The notes under the pieces were generated by a model. That model saw nothing but the letters and a program-made list of their open reading frames with translations. It had not been told where the DNA came from and ran no database searches. The position numbers and the translations under genes are program-made. Shown one piece after another: positions 45,101 to 53,715 of a stretch of DNA of 60,350 nt (position 1 is the first letter of the stretch; each line of letters starts with the position of its first letter). This stretch comes from Acutalibacteraceae bacterium (GTDB lineage Bacteria > Bacillota > Clostridia > Oscillospirales > Acutalibacteraceae): contig JAZOXC010000082.1 in assembly GCA_045659535.1 (NCBI GenBank), positions 1 through 60,350 on the forward strand. Direction: 5' to 3'.

Positions 45101-48100
45101 TTAACCGAACGGTTATAGGTTCCGCCCACGATAGCCTTGGAGGCATCCTCGTTTCCGGAATAGAAGGTCCAGTTAAACTTGCCGTATTTATCGGTAATCT
45201 TGCAATAAGATCTTGCCGAAATCTTGGCAGAGGGGTTGATTGTATCGGTATTGGTAAAGGTTGCATAGAAGGAATTACCAACAAGATTGATTCCTGCGCT
45301 GTTAGAAAGTGCAGCATAGCTAACACCGGGAACATCCCAAGTGAGCTCACCTGTGAAGAGCTGAGTCGGCATAGCTATGGTTCCGATTTCGGTAAGAACC
45401 GAGGAGGTCGGAATAAATCCAACATCGGATTTATACGAGATAGTGCCTTCCTTATACTTGCCGGCCTCGGTAACGAGGGTTGCACCAAGAATAGAGGGAG
45501 CAATATCATCAACCTTCATAACCGAAACGTTATCAATGTAATAAATTCCGTCGGCCTTTGCGCCCATAAGGAGATACATTGTTTCGCCATCTGCCAATTC
45601 TTCGGCAGTGTTAACGATTATGTTGGCTTCGATAAATCCATCGCCAAACTTTCTAGTGATGGTGTTGGGATACTTGTTGTCATAAAGCGAGGTATCGGTT
45701 TCGCTGGCTGCCTCTGTGGAGAGATAGGTTGTGCTGTTTGCGAAAGCACCCCAGCTGTTCTTCGGGCTTAAGGTTATATCAATTCGCGAGTTGGTGGTAG
45801 AGGTAACCTTAAACGAGAAGTGAACAAGATATTGGGTGCCCGGCTCGGCCTTAATGGGCAAACCGAAGTTTAGATATCCGGTTGCATTATCGGTAACCTT
45901 TAGGTAGCGGTTTCCGAATTCGCTATCTGAGATATCGGTATGAACAGCGTTTTCGAGTGTAACACCCTTGTTTGCGAACCATTCGCCGGTTGTTCCTTGC
46001 TCAAATCCGCCATCAGAAATGCTGTTAAATACCTTGAATTTAGCAATAAGGTGTATGTATTCGGTGGTGGTGAAGGTGGGATAGTAGGAAACAATGTTGC
46101 CTGCCGCATCATACCAACCATCGAATCCGTTTCCGTATTCGGGTGTTGCGGTGAAGGTGATTTCGGTTCCGATAACAGCCTCATCCTTATCGGCAGCTGC
46201 AAATCCGCCAACATCGGCCTCTGCAATAACCTCGGATGCCGCTGCGAGGATAAAGTTATCCAGCTGCATCTCAAGACCATTGTTGAGGTTTTGAATCATG
46301 AGGTAAACGGTTCCCTTATCGCCGTTTGTGAATACGTTGGGATCGCTGCCCGAATTGAAGGAAATAGTAAACCTTACCCAATCGCTGCCGAATTTATCGG
46401 TGTATTCGGTATAGGCAAGGTTGCCACCGGGACGGTGTGCGGTTCCTGCCTCGGTGGAATAGGTTTTGGTGTAGCCGGTGGTCGGATTCTTGTAAAACTG
46501 GGTGGTAGCGCCCATGATAGCGCTGCTCTCCCAATTTAAGAGGTTATACATAAATCCGATACGAAGTCCGCCGTTTGCACCAAAGTCGGTAATCTTAAGG
46601 TCGAAGGAAAGACTGTAGTCGGTATCCTTCTCAACATTAAGAGCAAAACCGGTTTGAACAGTTTCCTGCGAGGGAGCGCTGAACTTTAGGTATCCGTTTC
46701 CGTGTCCCGAAAGGGCAGCATCAAACTGACTAATGGTAAGGCGGTTTGTGTTAGAGAATATGATCGAAGGCATCTCATCGCCCTCAATATCACCGTTTCT
46801 AATGGTGTTGGGACCCGAGAATACTGCCTTTAGGTAGTTGTAGGTAGCGGTTGCATGGGTTAGGTTCTTGGAAACAAGATTTCCATCGATATCATACCAA
46901 CCAACAAAGGTGTTTCCATAGTAGGGAACAGCGGTATAGGTGGTAATCAAGGTTCCGCCAACAACTGCCTTATCATAGCTAACATCGCCGCCGCTTGTTG
47001 AATCAACGGTCTTGTCAAGAGCTAAGGTGAATTCGTTTACACCCTTGCAGAAATACTTATCCTGAACGGTGGAATAGGATGTGAAATCAACCATATTTCC
47101 GTTGTCATAGAATCCCATGAGAACAATATTACCAACGCCTTTGTAGTTGATATCATCGTTTTGGTTATCCATAAGGATTTCGTAGATGGTATTTCCGTTG
47201 TCGCCCTTGGTTGTGTTAACCTTGGTCTGCGAGTTGGATTCATGTCCGCAGAGGAGCATGATAATGTTGGGGTAAACCTTAAGAAGCTGATCATAGAGCT
47301 CCTGCGGGTTGCTCGAATCTTCGGGGTTGGTGAAGATATAGGGGCTCTCCGCATCGGTTGCGCGGGTGCCATCAGCAGCCAAGTGTGCATGGGTGGTAAC
47401 GATAACCTTATAGTCGGGATTCTGCTCGCAAAGCTCGCCTGCCCACTTTATAACATCATAGCGGGGATAAAGCTCGAGCGAGATAATCATAAGCTTAACG
47501 CCGTTAACATTAATCTTATGATATGTGTTATCCATCGAGTCATCATAAGCGCCGCCCCACTGGGGAAGAGTGTTAAACTGCGACTGCTTAAACATGCTGT
47601 TAAAGAGTCCGGTTTTGCGTTCGGCGGTTGCATTGTATGCGCCGGTGCTGGCACCATTTATGTAGTCGTGGTTACCAAGCGAGATGGCAAACGGAATCTT
47701 TCCTATAACCGAGCTAAAGGAATTCGAAACATTATACCATTGGTTGTAGCTTCCGTTTTCGGTGAGGTCTCCCATCGAAAGAACGGCTGCAATGTTATAG
47801 GCATCCTTGTTGCCCGAAATCCAATCTGCTATATCAACATAGTAATCGGGGTAGTTGATGAGGAGCTTTTGCTCATCGGGAAGAACTACAAAGGTGAAAT
47901 CATAGTTATCGGGATCGAAATCGCTTTCGGTCGAGAGATTGGGGCTTGTGAAATCCTTGTAGTTTGCGGTAAGTGTGATATCGCCTGTTAGGTTGATGGT
48001 ATCGTTCTTAACATAGGTGTTAGCTCCCATCGACCAGTTAACGAAATCTTTTGCGGGAGGTAGCGAGCTCGGCGCCTTGATCACATAGCTGCCCTTGTGT

Positions 48101-51100
48101 GCAAGCTCGGTGATTATTCCGATGCGCTCATCTCCGCTGTCATAAGAAACGGTAACATAATCATCGCTTTTGCCGGGCATTAAGCAGAAATCATCGCAAA
48201 CAATGGTGCTGCTTCCTGCATAGTAGGTTATAGCAACATAAATTTCGGTATAATCACCGGAATTGAAGTAAACCTTGGTCTGCTGGAAGTCGGCGTTGTA
48301 TTGAGCGTCGAGTATTGTAGAGCTGAATTTCTTGCCATCCTTATCATAGAAGCTTACACTCTTTAGATGGGAGGGAGCAGAGCCTGCGCCTGCCGAAAGC
48401 GAATTGCGAATAAACCAATAGAACGAGAGCTCATAATCGGTGTTCTTCTCAAGACCATCAATCTTGCGGAGAACCTCGTTGTTGCGGTGAGTGAGCTCGA
48501 GCGAGGCCTCGCCGGAGTAGGGCTTGCTGGTTAATACCTTTGCATCCCACCAAAGCGAGGGGTTGTATGAGTGCCATTCGGCATAGCCGTTAGGATCGAT
48601 TTCAAAAATCTTATCCGAAAGGATAGATGTGTTGCGAATGGTGTTTTCATAACCCGAATCGGGCCAGAGATTGTTTATATTGAACTTAGCAACGATATCA
48701 CAGCTGCGTGCAATATAGAAGGTGTACTGTGCGTTAGAGGAAACCTTTTGACCATCGATATACCAGCCATCAAAGGTGTTTCCTGCATAGGGAACAGCGG
48801 TAAAGGTAACGGTTGTTCCGATAACACCCTCTGCAGTCTTGTTGCCGGTTATATAACCGCCGTAGATACCGTTTTGCTTTTCAATCTTGGCATTAACCTG
48901 GAACTGGGTTCCTTCGGGATCGAAGTATGCAAAGTTTCCGGTGAGGTTGGCAGCCTCGAAGGTAACATAGGGGTTGGTTGCCGAAAGCGGGTTGCCGTTT
49001 GAATCAACCCAACCTAAGAACATGTAGGATTCATCCTTCGGAACAGCGGTAATGGTGGCGGGGATAACCTTGGTTGATGCGAGTCGGTCGGCCATAACAT
49101 TACCACCATCGGTAGTGGCGATAGAGATAACATTCTTAACCTCGGAAACCGAGATATCATCGATATCAAGCGCCATTGTTCCGCCGCCGTTTGCACCAAA
49201 GATGAGTGCGAGGTCGATATTCTCGGAAATATCGGTTCCGTTTGCAAGAACGGCACTCGAGGTATCGAGAACTATCGAATAGTAGGTCCATTCATCGCTC
49301 TCTTTGGTGAAAACTCCGGGGAACGAGGTGGATGAACCGGAGGGATTAAGGTCGCTGCCGCCCGAGGGAAGCAGATCAACATCACTAATATAGCTTTGCT
49401 TCGAACCGCTGGTCATAGCGATCTGCTCGGCAAATAGCGGGTCGCTCCAAGCATAGGAACGGTTGCCCTGGTTATAAAGAAGTATTCTGCGGAAGGCCAT
49501 ATCTTGAGTGGAAAGGTAGTTTCCGTTCTCATCTATGCCCGAGCGCAGCTTATAAGAGATAACATATTTCTTGTTTTTCTCAAGCTTGAAATTCCATTGG
49601 AAGGAATAAAGAGCATTTCCGGTTGTAACCGATTCCATGCGCAGGAAGCGGTTACCATCCTTATCGGTCTTTATCGAAGCGGAGGAGCTTGAATTCTGAA
49701 CATAGTAGTTAACATAGTCGGTTGCAAAGTCGCCGTTGTAAATAAGGTTGTGCTTTTCAAACTTTGCATGCATTCCAACCTGAGTGGCAACGGTCTCTTC
49801 GGTGGAGATGAGCTGCTCATCCATATCATACCAACCGAGGAACTTGTTGCCGTAGTATGCCTTTGCGGTGTAGGTGTCGTTATCACTCGCAACAACATAT
49901 CCGCCATCCTCGGCATAGGGAGCGCTTGCGAATTTAGCGGTATAAACACCCTCGGCATAGAAGGTTTCGGTCGGGTTGGTCGAAACTAATTTGTTGCTGG
50001 CATCATACCAACCTGCAAACGAGAAGCCCTCGCTCGGGGTTGCGGTATAGCGGTTGATCGGGATCTGTGCATATGCGGTGGTTCCGTCAACGGCGGTAGC
50101 GGCCTGACCCTTCTTGGCGCCACCAAAATCAACATAGCAAACCGGATCGGGGATATAGGTCATAGCGGTAGAAACACTACCGTTTTTGCCTGCCAAAGCG
50201 GTGATAACCGAGCTTTGGGTTGTGCCCGCCTCGGTAAGGCTTATGTTGTCGAGGTAGAAGGTGTTGATTGTCGTGTTGCTGACACCCAAAAGGAAGAACA
50301 TATGGGCGGTATCTTTGCCATCGGCAAAAATCGAGGTTTCCTCTGCGGTATCAAATGTTACCCAAAGGTCAACCCATCCGTTCTTTCCGGCATTAACCGT
50401 TGCGTGGGTTTGTTCGCGCATCATGCCATAGCTTCCGCCATAGCCGCCGAATACCGACCAAGAGCCAAGGTTGGTTGTGCCTTCCTTTTCCCAATGGTAG
50501 GTTAGGTTCTTAACAAAGGTGCTTCTGGTCCAACCATTTTTAAAGGAAGTTTCGGAATGAAGACCAACATAAGCGGTAGCATCAATATCTACCGAGTAAT
50601 AAGAAAGGTGGAAAACATAGCGGGTATTTTTCTTAACATCAAAAGGAATGGTAACTATATCCGCGTTGGTGTTTGCTGCGGTGGTTGTATCAACCTTTAA
50701 AACATAATTTCCGTGGATGGTTGCGCTTGTGGTCGGGTTTTCTATAACAACCGCATGACCCGAGTTGGCCGAATGGGGCTCGGCATTGAGGTAATCCTGG
50801 CCTGCGGTGGTTCCCGATTCAAAGTTACCATCGGTAATCTGGTTATATACATTAAACTTGGCAGTAAGCGAGGAGGAAAGCTTGCCGCTAATAGTAGCTT
50901 CGGTTGTTACAAGGCGGTCGCCATCATACCAACCTGCAAAGGTATTGCCATAGAAGGGAACAGCGGTGCTCTGATAGGCTTCGCCCGCAAAACCGCTCTG
51001 TGTTCCGCTTATATAACCGCCATCGCCTGCAGTAAAGGCAACAACCTCATACATGGTAACATCATCAACAAGACCGCTGAAACTTCCCGACCAATCATAG

Positions 51101-51792
51101 TTGTGGAAAACAAGGCGGGCATGATATTTTCCATCTTCGCCGGCGGTAAGGTTGTTAGCCGCAATAAAGTCATCAGCCTTAAAGGTAAAGGTCTGCTTGC
51201 TGAAATCACCAACACCATAATATGTGGTGTCGGCAATTGCGGTATATTTATGGAACTTTACCGAAAGCCAGTCAACTCCCGAGGGAACGGTTGCATCTGC
51301 GATGCCTGTGTTAGCATCGAGATAGATGGCAAACTTCCATGAGGTTTGGGCTGTCTTGTCGGCAGTATGGGGTCGAACAGTAGTCAAAGCCGAAACAGTA
51401 TAGGTTTTACCTGCCTCGATTCGAACATCCTGATACATCTTCTGTCCCTGGTTAATGGTTGCAGCTATGTGGTTATAGTTTGCAAGATAACCTGCAGGGG
51501 ACAGGGTAGAGGGGTAAACCACTCTAATATTTTTAGAAGTGCCGTTAGTTCTCCAACCAACGGGAGCAAGATCAACCATCTCACCATCATACGAGGCGTT
51601 TGCCTGGTCATCGGTGGTGTATTCAATCTTGTCTTTAACACCGTCGTTATCGGTATCGATACCCTCAAAATCACCGTTTTTAACGAGATTTATCGGACCG
51701 GCATTTTCTGCAGAAACGGGGAGCAGGGTTAAAACTGTCAGTGTTCCTATCAGAATAGCAACCGAAAGAATAATGCTTAAAATTCTTTTCAT
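42127..51792 (-). CDS. Giant (3,221 aa to the TAA) secreted multimodular protein: about 10 CBM4/9-like modules, about 8 Listeria/Bacteroides-type repeats, a metallophosphoesterase-like domain and the N-terminal half of a GH-A domain
   Basis: RBS GGAGGTAGG and signal peptide ILSIILSVAILIGTLTVLTLLPVSA. NG[DS]FE-type module starts include NLVKNGDFEG, ITDGNFESG, ISDGGFEQG, INDGSFEND, IENGNFENG and VSDGSFENG. xxFxGWYD repeats include NTFAGWYDGD, NTFDGWYIDG, NTFVGWYDID and NGFDGWYDAA. Phosphoesterase motifs are GDLTENG, GNHDY, TTHAH and CGHES. GH-A start is RVRTMFRSQW...LSFYEPSQ. Confidence 0.85.
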   Translation of the reverse strand: MKRILSIILSVAILIGTLTVLTLLPVSAENAGPINLVKNGDFEGIDTDNDGVKDKIEYTTDDQANASYDGEMVDLAPVGWRTNGTSKNIRVVYPSTLSPAGYLANYNHIAATINQGQKMYQDVRIEAGKTYTVSALTTVRPHTADKTAQTSWKFAIYLDANTGIADATVPSGVDWLSVKFHKYTAIADTTYYGVGDFSKQTFTFKADDFIAANNLTAGEDGKYHARLVFHNYDWSGSFSGLVDDVTMYEVVAFTAGDGGYISGTQSGFAGEAYQSTAVPFYGNTFAGWYDGDRLVTTEATISGKLSSSLTAKFNVYNQITDGNFESGTTAGQDYLNAEPHSANSGHAVVIENPTTSATIHGNYVLKVDTTTAANTNADIVTIPFDVKKNTRYVFHLSYYSVDIDATAYVGLHSETSFKNGWTRSTFVKNLTYHWEKEGTTNLGSWSVFGGYGGSYGMMREQTHATVNAGKNGWVDLWVTFDTAEETSIFADGKDTAHMFFLLGVSNTTINTFYLDNISLTEAGTTQSSVITALAGKNGSVSTAMTYIPDPVCYVDFGGAKKGQAATAVDGTTAYAQIPINRYTATPSEGFSFAGWYDASNKLVSTNPTETFYAEGVYTAKFASAPYAEDGGYVVASDNDTYTAKAYYGNKFLGWYDMDEQLISTEETVATQVGMHAKFEKHNLIYNGDFATDYVNYYVQNSSSSASIKTDKDGNRFLRMESVTTGNALYSFQWNFKLEKNKKYVISYKLRSGIDENGNYLSTQDMAFRRILLYNQGNRSYAWSDPLFAEQIAMTSGSKQSYISDVDLLPSGGSDLNPSGSSTSFPGVFTKESDEWTYYSIVLDTSSAVLANGTDISENIDLALIFGANGGGTMALDIDDISVSEVKNVISIATTDGGNVMADRLASTKVIPATITAVPKDESYMFLGWVDSNGNPLSATNPYVTFEAANLTGNFAYFDPEGTQFQVNAKIEKQNGIYGGYITGNKTAEGVIGTTVTFTAVPYAGNTFDGWYIDGQKVSSNAQYTFYIARSCDIVAKFNINNLWPDSGYENTIRNTSILSDKIFEIDPNGYAEWHSYNPSLWWDAKVLTSKPYSGEASLELTHRNNEVLRKIDGLEKNTDYELSFYWFIRNSLSAGAGSAPSHLKSVSFYDKDGKKFSSTILDAQYNADFQQTKVYFNSGDYTEIYVAITYYAGSSTIVCDDFCLMPGKSDDYVTVSYDSGDERIGIITELAHKGSYVIKAPSSLPPAKDFVNWSMGANTYVKNDTINLTGDITLTANYKDFTSPNLSTESDFDPDNYDFTFVVLPDEQKLLINYPDYYVDIADWISGNKDAYNIAAVLSMGDLTENGSYNQWYNVSNSFSSVIGKIPFAISLGNHDYINGASTGAYNATAERKTGLFNSMFKQSQFNTLPQWGGAYDDSMDNTYHKINVNGVKLMIISLELYPRYDVIKWAGELCEQNPDYKVIVTTHAHLAADGTRATDAESPYIFTNPEDSSNPQELYDQLLKVYPNIIMLLCGHESNSQTKVNTTKGDNGNTIYEILMDNQNDDINYKGVGNIVLMGFYDNGNMVDFTSYSTVQDKYFCKGVNEFTLALDKTVDSTSGGDVSYDKAVVGGTLITTYTAVPYYGNTFVGWYDIDGNLVSKNLTHATATYNYLKAVFSGPNTIRNGDIEGDEMPSIIFSNTNRLTISQFDAALSGHGNGYLKFSAPSQETVQTGFALNVEKDTDYSLSFDLKITDFGANGGLRIGFMYNLLNWESSAIMGATTQFYKNPTTGYTKTYSTEAGTAHRPGGNLAYTEYTDKFGSDWVRFTISFNSGSDPNVFTNGDKGTVYLMIQNLNNGLEMQLDNFILAAASEVIAEADVGGFAAADKDEAVIGTEITFTATPEYGNGFDGWYDAAGNIVSYYPTFTTTEYIHLIAKFKVFNSISDGGFEQGTTGEWFANKGVTLENAVHTDISDSEFGNRYLKVTDNATGYLNFGLPIKAEPGTQYLVHFSFKVTSTTNSRIDITLSPKNSWGAFANSTTYLSTEAASETDTSLYDNKYPNTITRKFGDGFIEANIIVNTAEELADGETMYLLMGAKADGIYYIDNVSVMKVDDIAPSILGATLVTEAGKYKEGTISYKSDVGFIPTSSVLTEIGTIAMPTQLFTGELTWDVPGVSYAALSNSAGINLVGNSFYATFTNTDTINPSAKISARSYCKITDKYGKFNWTFYSGNEDASKAIVGGTYNRSVNQVKRLLAVALIDAFAGNYPADFWSDSDVNETTNVKSSASVSVDKVWNFIKRNAHLQSGVNNSVPEKVNLINDGSFENDEFYVGNFENRVVTDNPYSYTTYNESNGICYAYDHNGFIYYSGSDYIIGANATFDSYFSIDSSYAHTGNRSLRLSTRAGTASYILRDLIPNTDYEFSFYWYAQTPVFLGRAYIYPHKFMNAGYSYYQDIEIDGVKYRQYKYGEAEYLAPKLLSLQSYALDYQLGPMYANWDWQKVTLRFNSGDDTEAVFGLGYGSRLNSGTVWIDDLSLTQIDAPTYGIENGNFENGRNGWEGSASTYDIDGEPSATLTERGQYLKQSATVKRYTDYTLTVKAKTSEAGALYFGVTDAGATTLNPTTSYSANSSMTTDKTGVSTYKVSFNSSDNSAVDVFLQSVCDSKVSILSVSLDETEELITYESVDFENSMIKVEGGFAPAYTIAKTNKLWYAISSSTAHSGKYSLRMNATSSDTDPKSDVTTNDGDLLRHPLYQAWSTFRVNPGEWYTISYYVKADKAGTSFDSSIRTVDSGDWDYMHALDKQTVTLSNTEWTLVTHTFANDRAAADACNVNLVFSANDSTTSNLHFDDIQIKRTNAIASSDPVTAPYTESLYNLVSDGSFENGNSLYSGGTFMSSSDAYDGGKYLRVSAGQKLIVPINTRIDYNYKDYYNYTLSAAIRSSASGAGYIGISATADGKTPVLNADGSIASIKASGTNWSFGAFKYLSPDVRPTYLVIECTAGYIDIDYVSFFSDIHAFENRPNETADEAYDYDDMSNAVEGGGTAGAGAATLTVNNTTSGIVNDTFSGLTSTVYFPLIDDVMGRDFTEEQLHEELTRMKNAGITRVRTMFRSQWAYTGDVNNPWDWNSSEMQQFYKWCQLLEDYGIDVMILCGWHLSSAVYGSSSIPEVDYLSPRIVDANGNIQYAISWGIFHPAIDLDLAADRYATWMTEAVLAIRNHGVTNLTHVLSFYEPSQQNGSL

Positions 51793-51810
51793 AGCTTTAA
51801 ACCTACCTCC

Positions 51811-51957
51811 TTAAATATCGTCTCCGCCCTCATCAGGCTGGGTTTCGTAGTCGCCGAATTCGCCTTCAACATCAAAACTCGAATCGCCAAAGCAAACATC
51901 TCCGGCAGCGAGCATTCGAAGCAGCTCAAATTCGGGCGCATCATAACGCAGTTTCAT
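51811..51957 (-). CDS. Small hyper-acidic protein (48 aa), unannotated family; paralog of 17737-17880
   Basis: AGGAGG (complement of 51965-51970), ATG at 51957-51955, TAA at 51813-51811. Sequence is MKLRYDAPEFELLRMLAAGDVCFGDSSFDVEGEFGDYETQPDEGGDDI. It ends 18 nt before the giant gene's ATG. Confidence 0.65.
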   Translation of the reverse strand: MKLRYDAPEFELLRMLAAGDVCFGDSSFDVEGEFGDYETQPDEGGDDI

Positions 51958-52014
51958 AGTTTTTCCTCCTAAAAAATTACCTTCCAAATTGTGTGCTATT
52001 ATGAAATTAATATT

Positions 52015-52043
52015 ATTATATTACACAATATACAAAATAGCAA
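52015..52043 (-). promoter_or_regulatory. Candidate sigma-A promoter for the small-ORF/giant-gene operon
   Basis: On the minus strand: TTGCTA (52043-52038), 17 nt, TATAAT (52020-52015), about 50 nt upstream of the small ORF's RBS. Confidence 0.5.
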
Positions 52044-52332
52044 GCAAATATTGCTAATTTTTATTGATTTTGCGAATGTTTGTTTTCCTTAAATAAAAAA
52101 GTAGGAAAAGCTTGCAGCAATCAAAAATTTTCCTTTTTTAGAAGTGCTTTTTAGAGGATTTTTTTGGATAAAAAGGCGCCCAAAAGCATAAAATAGCTTA
52201 TAAATAATGCGAAGTGCACAAAAAAGTTTGGAGCATGCCGAGAGGTAAAGCAAAGCAAAAAAAGCTATGCTAAAATTATTATGTCGAAGCGACCGAAATA
52301 ATGTTTTTCGCTATATGAAAGGGATTGAACTT

Positions 52333-53682
52333 ATGGGCAGATTGTTTGGAACCGATGGTGTTAGAGGGGTGGCTAACAGCGAGCTCACCTGTGAGCAGGC
52401 CATGCAGATAGGAAGAGCATCGGCAACCGTTTTGGCCGATGGCTGCCGCCGAAGACCGATTTTTGTGGTTGGCGCGGATACGCGTACCTCGTCGGATATG
52501 CTTGCTTGCGCGCTCATAGCGGGCATATGCTCGGTTGGCGCCGATGTAATAAATCTTGGCGTTGTACCAACCCCTGCCGTTGCTTTTTTGGTGGGCAAAT
52601 ATAAAGCCGATGCGGGTGTTATGATTTCGGCATCGCATAATTCGGCGGAATATAACGGAATAAAGATTTTTAGCGGCGATGGCTTCAAACTTCCCGATAT
52701 GCTCGAGGAAAGGGTCGAGGATCTTGTGCTCGGCAAATGCGCTATGCCACAGCTGCCGATAGGCAAGGATGTCGGTAAGGTTTCGGTTGCGAAAAATGCA
52801 ATAAAGGATTACTGCGACCATGTAAAAAGCAGCGTGCTTTATTCACTCGATGGGCTTCGGGTGGCGATTGATTGCGCCAATGGCGCCGCGAGCACAACCG
52901 CCGCAGAGATTTTCGATTCGCTCGGAGCAGATGTGCATATATTAAATGCCGCTCCCGATGGACAAAATATAAACCGAGCTTGCGGATCAACCCATTTGGA
53001 ATCGCTATCCAAATATGTTGTTGATAACGGGATCGATGCAGGTGTGGCCTTTGATGGCGATGCCGATCGCTGCCTTTGCGTTGATGAAAACGGCAACCCC
53101 ATAGATGACGATGAAATAATGGCAATTTGCGCCCTCGATCTCAAAGAGCGGGGTCGCCTCGCCAAGAACACCGTGGTAGGAACCATAATGACCAACCTCG
53201 GGCTTATTCGCTTTTGCGAGCAAAACGATATCCGCTTTGTGGCAACCAAGGTTGGCGACCGCTTTGTGCTCGAGGAGATGCTGCTCGAGGATACCGTTTT
53301 TGGCGGGGAGCAGTCGGGGCATATCATCTTTCGCGATTTTGCAACAACCGGCGATGGACAACTCACGGCAGCACAGCTTTTATCGCTGATGCGCCGCAAA
53401 GGCGAGAAACTATCATCCTTGGCAGCGATTATGAAAAAATGCCCGCAAACCACAATAAACCTAAAGGTTTCGCCCGAGGGAAAGCGCCGTTATTATACCG
53501 ATGAGGTTATAAAAACCGCAATCGAAAAAGCAAAAGCGGAGCTCGGCAACATGGGAAGAATTGTTGTTCGCCCATCGGGCACCGAACCGTTTATTCGCGT
53601 TATGGTCGAGGGCGATGATGAGAAGATTATTGAAAAAACCGCAAAAGAGGTTGCCTCGGTTATAAATGGGCAGCTTTCTTAA
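52333..53682 (+). CDS. glmM: Phosphoglucosamine mutase
   Basis: Starts MGRLFGTDGVRGVAN, the canonical N-terminus; the ORF-track start at 52267 is upstream and unsupported. Active-site loop is SASHNSAEYNGIK, with DGDADR and GEQSGH. Confidence 0.9.
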   Translation: MGRLFGTDGVRGVANSELTCEQAMQIGRASATVLADGCRRRPIFVVGADTRTSSDMLACALIAGICSVGADVINLGVVPTPAVAFLVGKYKADAGVMISASHNSAEYNGIKIFSGDGFKLPDMLEERVEDLVLGKCAMPQLPIGKDVGKVSVAKNAIKDYCDHVKSSVLYSLDGLRVAIDCANGAASTTAAEIFDSLGADVHILNAAPDGQNINRACGSTHLESLSKYVVDNGIDAGVAFDGDADRCLCVDENGNPIDDDEIMAICALDLKERGRLAKNTVVGTIMTNLGLIRFCEQNDIRFVATKVGDRFVLEEMLLEDTVFGGEQSGHIIFRDFATTGDGQLTAAQLLSLMRRKGEKLSSLAAIMKKCPQTTINLKVSPEGKRRYYTDEVIKTAIEKAKAELGNMGRIVVRPSGTEPFIRVMVEGDDEKIIEKTAKEVASVINGQLS

Positions 53683-53715
53683 GCGGCAAAGCATTACTGA
53701 AAGTGAGTTTAGCAT

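Noticed and set aside
51618-51663. Dockerin-like calcium loop (GIDTDNDGVKDKIEY) near the N-terminus of the giant protein
   Set aside because: Only a single loop is present, inside the first CBM-like module. Dockerins need a duplicated 22-residue segment, and no cohesin-like partner is seen. It is more likely a structural Ca-binding loop.
17894-51792. Sortase (LPXTG), SLH or choline-binding anchors on the three giant proteins
   Set aside because: I scanned the translations and found no LPXTG-type motif followed by a hydrophobic/basic tail, and no SLH or choline-binding repeats. Only the 2,359-aa protein has a C-terminal TM anchor.
42193-51814. Many plus-strand ORFs inside the giant minus-strand gene (for example 47161-47991 at 276 aa, 50713-51342 at 209 aa and 45940-46539 at 199 aa)
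   Set aside because: These have the same shadow-ORF signature: low-complexity G/I/V/C-rich products, no RBS, and nesting in a gene whose sense frame carries recognisable repeated domains.
51970-52332. Looked for a glmS ribozyme in the 360-nt leader of glmM-glmS and in the 33-nt glmM/glmS gap
   Set aside because: The conserved core elements as I recall them (GACGAGG, CGGCGGAUGCC and the paired GCGCC...GGCGCC context) are absent. Only an isolated GGCGCC occurs at about 52176. The glmM/glmS gap is too short to hold a ribozyme.
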